DNA of 64,000 nucleotides from an uncultured Actinomycetes bacterium (GCA_963740835.1 CAVUFH010000004.1:9567-73566); one strand, 5' to 3'. Shown: positions 41,264-52,934, counted from the stretch's first letter. Program-made: numbers and translations. Notes: a model not told the origin generated them from the letters alone.

Positions 41264-41779
41264 ATGAACACTGACGCCGGCGTCAGCGCAGCCGATCCGC
41301 ACGATCGAGCGATCAACCACATCTTCCGTTCTGGATTGACGCTCGCGACCATGTTGGACGCCAGTCGCGTCGATGACGAGCACGCTGACCGACTTCGCGA
41401 CGTGGTCGACGACCTCAACGCCGCGGTGGTCCAACTCCGACACGCCGCCCTCGCTCGCGTGGTCCGAGGTGCCCACGCGGAACGTGACGCCCTGCCGCAC
41501 GCTACGACACGGCGTGAGGCACCAGGCTCCGTCACTCACGCTCGCGCGATTCAAGTCGCGCGACGCCGGCGCCTGTGTCGCTTCGATGACTGCGAAGTGT
41601 TCGCATATGCCCTGACCGGCCACGACTACTTTCGCGCAGCCGATGACACGCTCTGGGCGCACGAGAGCGACGGCATGCTCCTGTCGGCCCGATCGGGCTC
41701 GCCCCTTGCTCGCCGCGTGCGCAACGCCTTCTACGACATCGAGTCGAACGTACCGCTGTACTACGAGCTCGCCGAATAG
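41264..41779 (+). CDS. Hypothetical protein: HisKA_3-like helical hairpin plus small beta-rich domain
   Basis: DPHDRAINHIFRSGLTL...DRLRDVVDDLNAAVVQLR resembles DosS/DevS H-box region; AGGAGG RBS; no ATPase domain. Confidence 0.6.
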   Translation: MNTDAGVSAADPHDRAINHIFRSGLTLATMLDASRVDDEHADRLRDVVDDLNAAVVQLRHAALARVVRGAHAERDALPHATTRREAPGSVTHARAIQVARRRRLCRFDDCEVFAYALTGHDYFRAADDTLWAHESDGMLLSARSGSPLARRVRNAFYDIESNVPLYYELAE

Positions 41780-41824
41780 GCTCGCCCCTGCACCGGCCGT
41801 TGTCCGGCTCAACGGATGTCGTCC

Positions 41825-42010
41825 GTGACACGGGCTCCGTGGAACTTCAGGAACGATCGGGACATCGACGTTCTGATGCAACGCCAGCGGACGCCCATGA
41901 GCGCTCGCGCTGTCGTCGGTGCGGATGAGCCGGAGACGATCGCACCACTGCTCGACGCCTACCTCGAAAGGTTCCCGAGGGCTTCTCGCAGTCTGTCGCG
42001 GAGGCCGGCG
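41825..42010 (+). pseudogene. Possible remnant of a deazaflavin-dependent nitroreductase-like gene
   Basis: W.NFR....DVL......ARAVVG...PE....LDAYLERFPRA pattern without an intact N-terminus. Confidence 0.3.
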
Positions 42011-42077
42011 GGTCGAGAGCTCGGCGCGCGGTGGTCGTGTAGTGCCGGCCGCGATGACGGCACTCGATTCGTCGGGC

Positions 42078-42537
42078 TCAGGCTGACGTTGTGCCGAAGA
42101 GCGTCGCGAGCTTGTCGATCGTCGCTTGTTCGTCGGGGTTGACCGACTTGGCCGACTGCGCGACCGCTCGCGCGATGTCGAGGAACCACGCCGAGACTTG
42201 TGCCGCTTCGTCGGCGGGGAGTTTCTTCAATGCGGCCGCAGCGGGCTCGAGCTCGCGCAACACGTCTTCGACCGCGGCTTGCGGCGTCGGTCCGCGATGC
42301 TCCTTCAATTCTGCCGCGCGCTTCCTTCGTGTTGGCCTCGGCGACGATCTGCCCGATGAGCGCGTTGGCGACGCCGCGCTCGCCCGGTTTCGAGATCGAC
42401 TTGGCGCTCGCGCTCGCTTCCTTCACCATCGAGATCGGGCCGTGCTCGCCGGGGATGAAGACGGCTGCGGTGATGAGGAGCGGCGCGTCCGTTAGGGCGT
42501 GCCACTCGCTGTCGCTGAACGCGGACTTGTCGGTCAT
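42078..42537 (-). CDS. Conserved-looking hypothetical helical protein; frameshift near 42315
   Basis: MTDKSAFSDSEW..L..AP N-half joins LLAA-type C-half ending VNPDEQATIDKLATLFG in ORF 42078..42308. Confidence 0.65.
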
Positions 42538-42559
42538 GGCTGCAGGGTATGCCTCACGC

Positions 42560-42730
42560 ATCCTGCCGCGCCTCCGTAGCCGGGGACGCGTCGAATGGCT
42601 CGACCACCTCTCGCTGTTCCACTACATGGCACTCGCACCGGCAGAAGATCCCGACGCGGTCACCGTCGTGATCACGCTCGCGCGGGCCGGTGCGCTCTGC
42701 GTGCTCGCACGGTTCTCTTCGAACGCCGCG
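42560..42730 (+). pseudogene. Possible C-terminal remnant of an ABC-2 permease
   Basis: EWLDHLSLFHYMALAP...hydrophobic helix, no start or upstream part. Confidence 0.3.
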
Positions 42731-42818
42731 ACGTCGAGACCGGCTGACCCGCACGAGTCCACACTCGGAATGCGGCTTGCTCGGCGAGCGGTGACGCGGA
42801 CGCCGTAGCCTCGGGCCC

Positions 42819-44136
42819 TTGCCCGTCCCGCAACCGCCCCTCGATCCGGCCGCGCGGCCCGCCGCAGCCCCACCCGAGCTTCGAACGCAGGTGCTGAGCG
42901 CGGGCTTGATCGGTGCGCTCGGTGGCGCCGCGTTGCGCGCGCACCGAGGGCCGCGCGCGATCGCGACGGGAGCGGTCGTCGGGGGTGCGGCGCTCGCGAC
43001 CACGGAAGCCATCGCGCGCAAGCGGCAGCGGCCGGGGGAGATCCCGGCACTGTGGCAGCGGATCCTGACGAGCGCCGCGATCGCGGCGCCGCTCGGTTGG
43101 CTGGCCGGCCGGGTCCTGGGGCGCCGTCCGGTCGCGATCGCGGCCGGCGCAGGCACGGTCGCGGGGGCTCTGGGTCTGCGGCCGCAGAAGGTCGCGCTCG
43201 GTCCGCTACTCGGCGCCGCGGTCGGCGCCGCGCTCTCTCGCGTCGACCCCGACGTGTCCGCGGCTGCGATCGCAAGCGCGACGGTGCTGGCGTACCGGAC
43301 GGCATCCGCCGCGATCTTTCGCGACGCGCAGGTTTCGTTGCTCGCCGAGCGCGTCAGCGCGCCGAGACCTGCCGTTCGTCGTGCCGCTCGAAGCGCGCAC
43401 CCGGTACGTCGGCACCGAGTACGTCACCGCGCTCGCGGAGGTGCTCGGCGGTACGTACGAGCGGGCCGTCGCCGACATCGGCATCGTCGCGTCGCTCGAC
43501 GCGCTGGCCGGTCCTGAGTTCGATCCGGGGGCCTGTGATCCGCGCGTACGAGAGTTCTACGAGCACACGACGCGCTTCAAGCTCGACATCGTGCCTGAAT
43601 GGCGGCAGTGGGTGCGGCCCGGATACCTGCTCTACCGCACGTTCCTCGCGCGCCCGCTGGGGCAGGCGAACGTCCCGATGAACCAACGCGACGCGCTGCG
43701 CGGTGTGCACAGCCGCATCGACACCATTGACGTCGACGGCGACGGGACGCCCGATATCCGCGCGTGGATCCGGTCGTTCGCCGACACCGACGAGCCGATC
43801 TACATCGGGGTCTACACGACGTATCGCGACGACGAACGCGGCTACGTGAGCGTCGGCTTCCCGCTGCCCCAGACGAACTTCACCGCGACGCTTGTTCCCC
43901 GGGCCCGGCCCGACGGCGGTCTCACGCTCACCAGCCGCAGCTCGCTGCCGCACCCGGGTCACTACTTCACCTACGTGGATCCCGAGAGCCGCGCGCTCAC
44001 GACTGCCGAGGTCCAGGGCTTTGCCGAGGAGCTCGACGTGTACGTCGAGGACGGCGAAGTGCGCGCCGAGCACGCGTTCTGGGTGTTCGGGTTCCCCTTC
44101 CTCGTGCTGCACTACCGCATCCACCGCAAGGATTGA
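42819..44136 (+). CDS. Membrane protein with soluble C-terminal domain (YndJ-like C-terminus); frameshift near 43362
   Basis: Gly/Ala-rich TM region (42819..) continues into [25 protein letters not shown] domain (43381..44136). Confidence 0.62.
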
Positions 44137-44164
44137 GACCACCGCGGGCCGGTAAATTCCGCGC

Positions 44165-45459
44165 GTGGCCAAGATCGTGTTCATCGGCGCGGGCAGCACT
44201 GTGTTCGCGCGCAACCTGCTCGGTGACATCCTCGGGCACGAGGAGCTCGCCGACTCCGAGATCGCGCTGTTCGACATCGACGCCGAACGGCTCGAGACCT
44301 CCGCGCTCGTCGCCCGCCGCGTCGCAGATGCACTCGACGCGGAGCCGAAGATCGTCGCGACCACCGACCGGCGGGCCGCGCTCGACGGCGCTGACTACGC
44401 GATCAACATGATCCAGGTCGGTGGCTACGAGCCCGCGACCGTCACCGACTTCGAAGTCCCGAAGCAGTTCGGCCTGCGCCAGACCATCGCCGACACGCTC
44501 GGGGTCGGCGGGATCATGCGCGGCCTCCGGACGATCCCGGTGATGCTCGACATGTGCGCCGAGATGGAGGAGCTCTGCCCCGACGTCTGGTTCCTGAACT
44601 ACACGAACCCTATGGCGATCAACTGCCGCGCCGTGAACCGGGCCACGAGCATCCGGACCGTCGGCCTGTGCCACAGCGTGCAGGGCACCGCCTACGAGCT
44701 CTCCCTCGACCTCGGCATCCCGTACCGCGACATCACCTACCGTGCCGCGGGCATCAACCACATGGCGTTCTACCTCCGGTTCGAGCGCGACGGCGAGGAC
44801 CTGTACCCGCTCTTGCGGCGCGCGCGGAGGCCGGCGCGGTTCCGGAACACAACCGGGTGCGCTACGAAGTGCTGCGCCACCTCGGTTACTTCGTCACCGA
44901 ATCGAGCGAGCACTTCGCCGAGTACGTCCCGTGGTTCGTCAAGCGTGACCGCCCCGATCTCGTCGACCGGTTCAATGTGCCGCTCGACGAGTACCCGCGG
45001 CGGTGCGAGGAGCAGATCGCCGGTTGGGAAGCCGAGCGGACCCGGCTCGAGCGTGGCGACGCGTTCGAAGTGCGGCCGAGCTTCGAGTACGCGGCGACGA
45101 TCATCCGGAGCATCGAGACCGGCAAGCCGCGCGTGATCTACGGCAACGTCGCCAACGACGGTCTGATCGACGATCTCCCCGCGGGGTGCACCGTCGAAGT
45201 GCCCTGCCTGGTCGACGGCAACGGCGTGCAGCCGACCGCGGTCGGCGCGCTCCCGCCGCAACTCGCGGCACTGATCCGCACCAACGTCAACGTGCAGGAG
45301 CTGACCGTCGAGGCCGCGCTCACGGGTCGACGCGACCACGTGTACCACGCCGCGATGCTGGACCCGCACACCGCGGCCGAGCTGGACCTGGACCAGATCC
45401 GCACGCTCGTCGACGCGCTGCTCGCGGCGCACGGCGACCTCGTGCCGCCGCTCACCTGA
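44165..45459 (+). CDS. melA: GH4 NAD-dependent alpha-galactosidase; frameshift near 44825
   Basis: KIVFIGAGSTVF, QVGG, QTIADTLG.GG, LNYTNPM, GLCHSVQ, GINHM then TESSEHFAEY, VEVPCLVD, MLDPHT. Confidence 0.92.
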
Positions 45460-45462
45460 GCG

Positions 45463-46689
45463 TTACGGCCGCAGCCCGACCTTGATCGCGCCGGAATGCT
45501 CCTGATCCGCGAGCACGCCGAACGCGTCGCGCCAGTCGTCGAGCGCGAACTGGTGCGTGAGCATCGGCCCCAGATCGATGCGACCCTGCCGCACGAGATC
45601 GAGGTAGTGCGCGATGCCGTGTTTGCGTTCGCCTTCGACCGCTTCGATGCCGAACGCGTTCGAGCCGGACCAGGAGAGCTCCTTGAAGTAGAGCGGTGTC
45701 CACTCCCATTGCGTCGGCCCGTGCACCCCGGCCTTCACGATCGTGCCTCGCGCCTTGAGCACGCGGCACGAGACCTCGAGCGACTCGCGGCGCGAGATCG
45801 TGTCGTACACGACGTCGACCCCTCCGGGGTATGCCATCGGTAGTTCGTGGTGACCGTGCAGCACGCCACCCGACCAGTCGGCGACCTCCTCGATGAGTCC
45901 GGTGAGCGGCTCGTGCGCGAACACGCGCGCTGCGCCGAGCTTCCGCGCGAGCGCCGCCTGCGACTCGAACCGCGCGACGACACCGACCTCGACGTCCGGG
46001 TACAGCGCGCGAAGGATCGCGACGGCCGAGGAGCCGAGCGCGCCGGCGCCGTACACGAGCACCTTGCCGTGGGGCTGCGGCGCGTGTCGCGTCACCGCGT
46101 GGAGCGCGACCGCGAACGGGTCCGCGAACATCGCGATCTCGTCGGGGATGGAGTCGGGGACCGGGAACAGCATGGAGTCGTGCGCGGGCATGAGCGTCGC
46201 GTAGCCACCGCTCGCGTCCTTCGAGGTCCCCGAGTGGATACCTGCCGCGATCGGCCCCGCTTGGAAGTTCCAGCAGAGCGACAGGTCACCCGCTGCACAC
46301 GCCGGGCACAACGGTGAGACGCCGCGCGGGGCGCACGACAGCCACGGGTTGAGCACGACGCGCTGGCCGATGTCGAGCCCCTCGGCTTCCGGACCCAGCG
46401 CGACGACGTCGGCGACCACCTCGTGTCCGAGGATGTGCGGGAACGTCGTGAAGTCGATCATGGGGTTGTCGGCGCTGAACTCGCCCCAATCCATGAACAC
46501 CTGCTTCGAGTCGGAGCCGCAGATGCCGGTGATGCGCGGCGCGCAGACGACCCAGTCGGGCCGCAGGAACCCGGGATCGTCGACCTCCATGAGCCGCATC
46601 GGCGTCTTCGCCAGCATCTGCACGAGCGGGTTGTCGGACTGAGGTTCCGCGACCGGATCGGGCTCGACTCCGAACACCAACGCTTTCAT
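45463..46689 (-). CDS. Zinc-binding alcohol dehydrogenase (MDR family)
   Basis: GICGSD, ILGHEVV, C..C..C..C structural cluster, VYGAGALG. Confidence 0.92.
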   Translation of the reverse strand: MKALVFGVEPDPVAEPQSDNPLVQMLAKTPMRLMEVDDPGFLRPDWVVCAPRITGICGSDSKQVFMDWGEFSADNPMIDFTTFPHILGHEVVADVVALGPEAEGLDIGQRVVLNPWLSCAPRGVSPLCPACAAGDLSLCWNFQAGPIAAGIHSGTSKDASGGYATLMPAHDSMLFPVPDSIPDEIAMFADPFAVALHAVTRHAPQPHGKVLVYGAGALGSSAVAILRALYPDVEVGVVARFESQAALARKLGAARVFAHEPLTGLIEEVADWSGGVLHGHHELPMAYPGGVDVVYDTISRRESLEVSCRVLKARGTIVKAGVHGPTQWEWTPLYFKELSWSGSNAFGIEAVEGERKHGIAHYLDLVRQGRIDLGPMLTHQFALDDWRDAFGVLADQEHSGAIKVGLRP

Positions 46690-46782
46690 GAGGACCTCCG
46701 CCGGAGTGAGAGACGAGGCGCGTGCTCGCGGTCGCGCGCTCTGACTCCGGAGGCTAACCGGCGGCGCGGCGCGCCGGACCTG

Positions 46783-49150
46783 CTACTCGGTGCGCAGCAC
46801 GCTCGCCGGGCGGATGCGCGTGGCGGCGTGCGCGGGCCCGGCGGCGAGTGCGTTGGCGATGATCAGCGCGGTCGGCACGATCAACAGGATCGAGATGACC
46901 GCGATCGGCGGCGCGTACACGAGCGGGAACGAATTCGCGAGCTGCTTCCAGGCGAGGCGCCCGGCGAGGATCCCGAGGGGCACACCCACGACGAGGCCGG
47001 CGACGGCAAGGAGCGTCGCCTGCCACGCGATCGCGAACGTGTGAGTCGCGTCTGGTGAAGCCGATGGAACGAAGAATCGCGAGGTCGGCGCGCCGGCGGC
47101 GGACGGTGGTGACGAGGGCGTGCGCCACCGTCGCGATCGCGAGGAGCGCGAAGAAGATCGCGAGGGAGAAGGGAAGCACGCGCAGATCCCCGAGGACGGT
47201 CACCGCGCTCGGCACGGTCGCGCCCTCGCTCTCGAAGGGCTCGTCGGGGCCCGCGAGCTTCTGGAAGCGGGCGAGCGCGGCTTGCGAGTCCGCGTGGGGC
47301 TTCCAGCGGAGCAGCAAGTAGTCCTCGGTGAAATCGCCGCTCGCAGCCGCATCCGCGGGGATGGCCGCCGCCAGACCGCTGGCGGTCATCCACGCGCTCT
47401 GGTCGTAGGACGTATGCGACGTCTCCGGCAACAACGCCTTCCCGACCACGCGAACGTTCGGCGTCGTGGCGGTGCCGACGCGCACCCGATCACCGATGTG
47501 AAGGCCCAGCCGCTTCATCGTGGTCGGTGCCATGGCGATCTCGTGCGCGGTGCGCGGCGCATGCCCGGCGAGCACCACGAGCTCGATCTCGCCCGTCACC
47601 GGCTTCGTGCCGAACGTGGGCGTTGGTGTGCCGTTGATCTTGATCGCGCGCGCCCACAGCGCGTGGTACGACGCGGCCACGGCCTTGTCACCCGACACCG
47701 CCGCAACCGTCTCCGGCGGAAGGACGCCCACACCCGCGACCCCCGCGTCCCACACGATCCCTGAACGCTGCGGGTCGTGGACTACGTCACTCAGGCCGCT
47801 GCGGAACGTGAGGCAGCCGACGACACCGAGGACCCCGACGATCGCACCGATCAGCGCGGACCGCACCGGTACGGCCCGGCGGCCGCGCCCCGCTTCGGTC
47901 GCGAGCCGGGAACCGATGAGCAGCGCCGGCGGCAGGCTGTTCAACGTCGCCCACCGCGCCGCGATCGGCACCCGACCGGAACGCGCGCTGTCGCGCCGCA
48001 CCCGCAGTTCGGCCGTCACCCATGCGGTGAGCATGACCGCCACCGTCGCCCCGAACGCGCCGACGAGAAGGATGAGCCAGTCGGCGTGGAAGCCGACGTC
48101 CAACTCGTACTGGCGTACGAGTGCGATCGGGAACCGTGGCGAGAGGAGCACCGCGATCGCGACACCGGTGATCGCGCCGACCACTGCGGTGATGGTTGCC
48201 GGCACGACCAGCACGCGGCGGGCGATGCGACGATCGGCGCCGAGGGCACGCCACGTCGTCAGGTCGGCGCCACCGGCCGCGACCGCACGGACGAGCGCCT
48301 GCCCGACGAGCGCGCCGGCACCGACGAGGACCGCGAGCGCGAAGAGCAGCAATCCGGTGCGCTCGACGTCGGCGACGCTCTTCAGCTGACGCGTGCCGAA
48401 GAGGTCGCCCGCGTCCTCGACATTGACGGGCTTGCCCGTGATCCGCTCGACGTCGTCTTGCAACCGCGCGAGGTCACCGGGCCGGCCGCGCAGGTCGACG
48501 AACTCGTTCGTGAACCCGACGAGCTGGTCTCGGAACTTGGCGTAGAAGCCGCTCGACGGTGACGTGTCGAGGTCGTCGCCCGAGGCTTTCGCGATCCCGA
48601 CGACGCGCACCCGTTGCCGGATCGGTTCGGAGACGCGGCTCGGGAGCGCGAACGGGAACTCCGACGGATCGGCCGGTGGCCGTTGGATGAGCGTGTAGGT
48701 GCTGCCGATGTCCAAGCCGAACCGGTCGCGGACGTTCTCGTTCACGACGATCTCGTCGGCCCGTTTCGGGTCGGGTGCCCGGCCCGCGACGAGGATGCCG
48801 TAATTCGGCTGCACGGTCTGAGACGCGGTCGGGACGAGCGGCGCTTCGAGGCCCTTGCGGTCGGTCTGCAGCAGGAAGGCGACCATGAACGGGTAGCTCT
48901 GCCTGACTTCCGGCAACGCGTCAATCCGGGCACGAACCGAGGCGTCGAACGCGACGTCGTTCGCGAGGATCGCGGCATCGGGCAGGCGCGCCGCGCGCGC
49001 GAACGCCGGGACCGCGTTCTCGGCGCGCCGGGCGCCCGCGACCCCGGCGCACGCGAGTCCGACCGAGACGCCCGCGAGCAGTCCGAGCACGACCCAGGAA
49101 CGCCAGCGCCGGCGCAGATCCGCGCGCACCCACATCGCCGCTGCCGTCAT
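46783..49150 (-). CDS. FtsX-like ABC transporter permease; frameshift near 47040
   Basis: DLRRRWRS N-terminus, RALGADRR, RRRRADLAILRSIGFT then PARAA-type end PAHAATRIRPASVLRTE in ORF 46783..46989. Confidence 0.85.
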
Positions 49151-49248
49151 GACACCGTCCCCGCCGGCTCCACGGCTTCAGCGAACCACACCCGGCGGTC
49201 GAGCGGCAGGGCGCCTGCTCGCGGCACGCGGGGGTGCAGGCCCCACCC

Positions 49249-50106
49249 TCAGACCAAGCCGTCGACCGGTGGGAGGGGCCGGTGCAACCACCGGGGGAGT
49301 GAGCCGTCAGGGATCGTGTGCACGGGTTCGACCGGCGCGCCCGGAACCACGCCTTCGAACTGCCCCGGCGAGTCGTGCACCTCCGGCGGCCACGCCTCGG
49401 CGATCCCGACGATCGTTGTGAGGGCGGCGAAGCCGGCGAGGACGATGCCGGTGTCCGAGTCGGGGGCGGGCGTCACGTCGACCGCGCGCAGCTCGAACTG
49501 CACACCATCGGGAGTGTCCGCGACCGCCGCACGCACGGCGCCGAACGCAGCGAGACGCGCCCATCGCACGCCGCCAATTTCGGCGTACGGACGCGCAGGC
49601 ACGTTCAGGTTCAACACGGTGCGGGCCGGCGCCTCGAGCAGCCGCGGGAACACCTCGACCGCGAAGCGCGCCGCCGTGTCCCAGTACCAGCGGTCGCCGA
49701 GCTCGGTGCTGACCGCGAGGCCCGACCCACCGAAGTTCTGCGCGGTGAGCGCGGCGCCGACCGTGCCCGAGTGCAAGATCGCTCGGCCGGTGTTGAGCCC
49801 CGGGTTGATGCCGGACACGACGACGTCGGGCGGGTCGCCGAAGGCACCGAGCCGGCCCGCGATCACGCACATGCCGGGCGGTCCGTCGATCGCGTATGCG
49901 TCGATCCCCGGGCAACCGGGCAGTTCGACCCGTTGCGAGTCCAGGTGCTGATCTGCATGCACGAGACCGATCGCTGCGCCGGTACCGCTGCGATCCGAGT
50001 TCGGTGCGATGACGAACACATCGAGGCCGGCCTCCGCGAGCGCGGCCGTGAGGACGTGGAGACCTTCAGATTCGACGCCGTCGTCGTTCGTCACCAGCAC
50101 GCGCAT
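49249..50106 (-). CDS. surE: 5'/3'-nucleotidase SurE
   Basis: MRVLVTNDDG, VVSGINPGLNTG..ILHSGTVGAA, LNLNVP. Confidence 0.93.
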   Translation of the reverse strand: MRVLVTNDDGVESEGLHVLTAALAEAGLDVFVIAPNSDRSGTGAAIGLVHADQHLDSQRVELPGCPGIDAYAIDGPPGMCVIAGRLGAFGDPPDVVVSGINPGLNTGRAILHSGTVGAALTAQNFGGSGLAVSTELGDRWYWDTAARFAVEVFPRLLEAPARTVLNLNVPARPYAEIGGVRWARLAAFGAVRAAVADTPDGVQFELRAVDVTPAPDSDTGIVLAGFAALTTIVGIAEAWPPEVHDSPGQFEGVVPGAPVEPVHTIPDGSLPRWLHRPLPPVDGLV

Positions 50107-50162
50107 GTTCACTCCATAGGTCGGTCGCCGGGATGCGATTCTCGCAGCGGTACCGTGCGAGG

Positions 50163-51112
50163 GTGAACGGCACGGTTTCCGGTCTCCTCCTCGGCGTGAC
50201 CGTGCTCGTCGTAGTGGGTTTGGTCCTCGTGTGCCTTCGGTACCCGCGCCAGATTGTCTCCCACCTGACGCACTGGAAGGCGGGTCCGAAGCAACGGAAT
50301 TCCTACGTTGTTCACGGCCCGGCGCCCACCACGCGTCTCGCGTTCGCGGGCGACATCGGCCACGCGGGTGCGCAGCTCGACGCGACCGGTGCGGCGATCG
50401 CGCAGCTCGGAACCACGGACCCGTACGACGCACTCGTGCTGCTCGGGGACCATACCTATCCCGCGGGGACCCCGCGGCGCTGCCACGCACGGTCTTCGGG
50501 CCCTTCGGTGCCGTGCTCCGAGAGGGCACCGAACTGCTCGCGGTGCTCGGCAACCACGACGTGCTCGACGGACACGGTCCGGCGCAGCTCGACGCGCTCG
50601 GGATGACCGCGCGCTGGTGGGCGCGCGAGTTCGGCGACCTGCTCCTGGTCGGGCTCGACTCGAACGAGCTCGACGATCCGGCCCAGCGCGACTTCCTCGA
50701 ACGAACGCTCAGTGAACGGCGCACGCGCTGGTCGATCGTCGCGTTGCACCACCCACCGTATTCGGCCGGGTATCAGGGTTCTGACCTCGCGACGCGCCGC
50801 GCGTTCGTTCCCGCGTTCGCGCGTCACGGTGTCGATCTCGTGCTGTCGGCGCACGACCACGACTATCAGCGCAGCCACTCGATCGACGGCGTCACCTACA
50901 TCGTCACGGGCGGCGCGGCCCGGGCCCGGTTCTCGGGATCGCGCCGCTTCACGGCGGCGTCCTATCGCGTTCGGCACTTCGTGGAGGTCGCGGTGTTCGC
51001 GGACCGGCTCGTCGCGCGTGCCATCGACCAGCAGCAACGTGTGTTCGACGAGCTGGTGCGCTCGCCGCGCGACCGCACGCCCATGCGCGGCCCCTCGGTG
51101 TCGGGCTCGTAG
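50163..51112 (+). CDS. Membrane-anchored metallophosphoesterase; frameshift near 50480
   Basis: GDIG, LGDHTYP in first frame; LGNHD, HHPPY, LSAHDH in second frame (calcineurin-like motifs). Confidence 0.87.
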
Positions 51113-51123
51113 CCTCGGCGCCC

Positions 51124-52197
51124 GTGATCAAGTACCTCGGTTCGAAGCGACGGCTGGTGCCCGTGCTCGGCGACATCTGTGCCGCCACGGGTGTGCGCCG
51201 CGCGCTGGACCTGTTCACCGGCACGACTCGCGTCGCTCAGGAGTTCAAGCGCCGGGGCGCCCACACCACCGCGGTCGACAACGCCCGTTACGCGTACGAA
51301 TTCGCGCGCTGCTACGTCGGCATCGACGCGGAGGGTGTGAACGCGTCTGAGCTCGCCGCTGCACTTGCCGACCTCATGGCGCGGCCCGGCGCCGATGGCT
51401 ACGTCACCGAGACGTTCTGTCGCCGGTCGCGCTTCTTCCAGGAGCACAACGGCCGGCGCATCGACGCGATGCGCGACGCCATCGAACGCGACTACCGAGA
51501 CTCATGGATGTACCCGGTACTGCTCACCAGCCTGATCGAGGCGGCCGACCGGGTCGACTCCACCACCGGCGTGCAGATGGCGTATGTGAAGCAGTGGGCC
51601 GCGCGCGCGGCAAAACCGATCGAGTTGCGCGTGCCCGACCTCATCGGCGGTCCCGGCCACGCCGTCCTCGGCGACGCGTGCGAGGTGGCGAGCGGGCTCG
51701 GCCCGTTCGACCTCGCGTACATCGACCCGCCGTACAACCAGCACCGCTACTTCACCAACTACCACATATGGGAAACGCTGGTCGCGTGGGACGCGCCGGA
51801 GCACTACGGCGTCGCGTGCAAGCGCGTCGACGCCCGCGAAGGTCACACCAAGAGCGTCTTCAACGACCGCAAGCGCATGCCCGACGCCCTCGCGCAGGTG
51901 ATCGCGGTTGTCGATGCGCCGCTCGTCGTCGTCTCCTACAACGACGAAGCCTGGGTGTCGATCGCGGCGCTCGAAGCGATGTGCGCCGCGCGCGGCGGCG
52001 CGGTGCGTACCCTCGCCTTCGACTCGAAGCGCTACGTCGGCGCCCAGATCGGGATCCACAATCCGCAAGGCGAGAAGGTCGGGCAGGTTGCCCGTTTACG
52101 CAACGTCGAGTATCTCGTCGTCTGCGGAGAACCCGAACTCGTCGAACGAGCCACAGGAGCGAAGGAATGCAGATCGAGGGCACTGTCGCAGTCGTGA
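51124..52197 (+). CDS. DNA adenine methyltransferase (D12/Dam-like, orphan)
   Basis: IKYLGSKRRL, DLFTGT SAM motif, YIDPPY catalytic motif, VSYNDE. Confidence 0.9.
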   Translation: MIKYLGSKRRLVPVLGDICAATGVRRALDLFTGTTRVAQEFKRRGAHTTAVDNARYAYEFARCYVGIDAEGVNASELAAALADLMARPGADGYVTETFCRRSRFFQEHNGRRIDAMRDAIERDYRDSWMYPVLLTSLIEAADRVDSTTGVQMAYVKQWAARAAKPIELRVPDLIGGPGHAVLGDACEVASGLGPFDLAYIDPPYNQHRYFTNYHIWETLVAWDAPEHYGVACKRVDAREGHTKSVFNDRKRMPDALAQVIAVVDAPLVVVSYNDEAWVSIAALEAMCAARGGAVRTLAFDSKRYVGAQIGIHNPQGEKVGQVARLRNVEYLVVCGEPELVERATGAKECRSRALSQS

Positions 52198-52934
52198 CCG
52201 GCGCGGCATCGGGCTTGGGCGAGGCAACCGCCCGCCGGCTGCACGCGCACGGCGCCGAAGTCGTCATCGCCGACATGAACGACGAGCGCGGTGCGGCCGT
52301 GGCCGCGGACCTCGGCGACCGGGCGGAGTACATCCGGTGCGACGTCACTGCACCCGAAACCGTCAGCGCTGCGATCGAGCGGGCGACGGCACGGGGCCGG
52401 TTCGGCATCTCCGTCCACTGCGCCGGCGGCGGCATCGCCGCCCGCACGCTCTCGCGTGACGGCACCCCGCACGACCTCGACGCGTTCCGCCAGGTCATCG
52501 AGTTGAACCTCGTCGGGACCTTCAATGTGTTGCGCCTCACCTCCTCTGCGATGTCCACGAACGAACCCGACGAGGGCGGCGAACGCGGCGTCTGCGTCCA
52601 GACCGCGTCGATCGCGGGCTACGAAGGCCAGATCGGCCAGATCGCGTACGGGTCGGCCAAGGCCGGCGTCATCGGCATGACGATCATCGCGGCGCGCGAC
52701 CTCGCGGCGGCCGGCGTGCGCGTGTGCACGATCGCACCGGGCACGTTCGGCACACCGCCCATGATGGGTGTGCCCGAAGCCATGCGGGATGCCTTCGCGG
52801 CCGGTGTGCCGTTCCCGAAGCGGCTGGGTGACCCCGCGGAGTTCGCAGCGCTCGCCCAGCACATCGTCGAGAACGGCTATTTGAACGGCGAGGTCATCCG
52901 GCTCGACGGCGCGGTGCGCTTCCAACCGAAGTAG
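52167..52934 (+). CDS. SDR, 3-hydroxyacyl-CoA dehydrogenase type 2-like
   Basis: VTGAASGLG, NLVGTFNV, EGQIGQIAYGSAK, YLNGEVIRLDGA. Confidence 0.93.
   Translation: MQIEGTVAVVTGAASGLGEATARRLHAHGAEVVIADMNDERGAAVAADLGDRAEYIRCDVTAPETVSAAIERATARGRFGISVHCAGGGIAARTLSRDGTPHDLDAFRQVIELNLVGTFNVLRLTSSAMSTNEPDEGGERGVCVQTASIAGYEGQIGQIAYGSAKAGVIGMTIIAARDLAAAGVRVCTIAPGTFGTPPMMGVPEAMRDAFAAGVPFPKRLGDPAEFAALAQHIVENGYLNGEVIRLDGAVRFQPK

Noticed and set aside
51124-52197. Restriction-modification or phage defence system
   Set aside because: Only a methyltransferase is present; neighbours are metabolic genes with no nuclease motifs.
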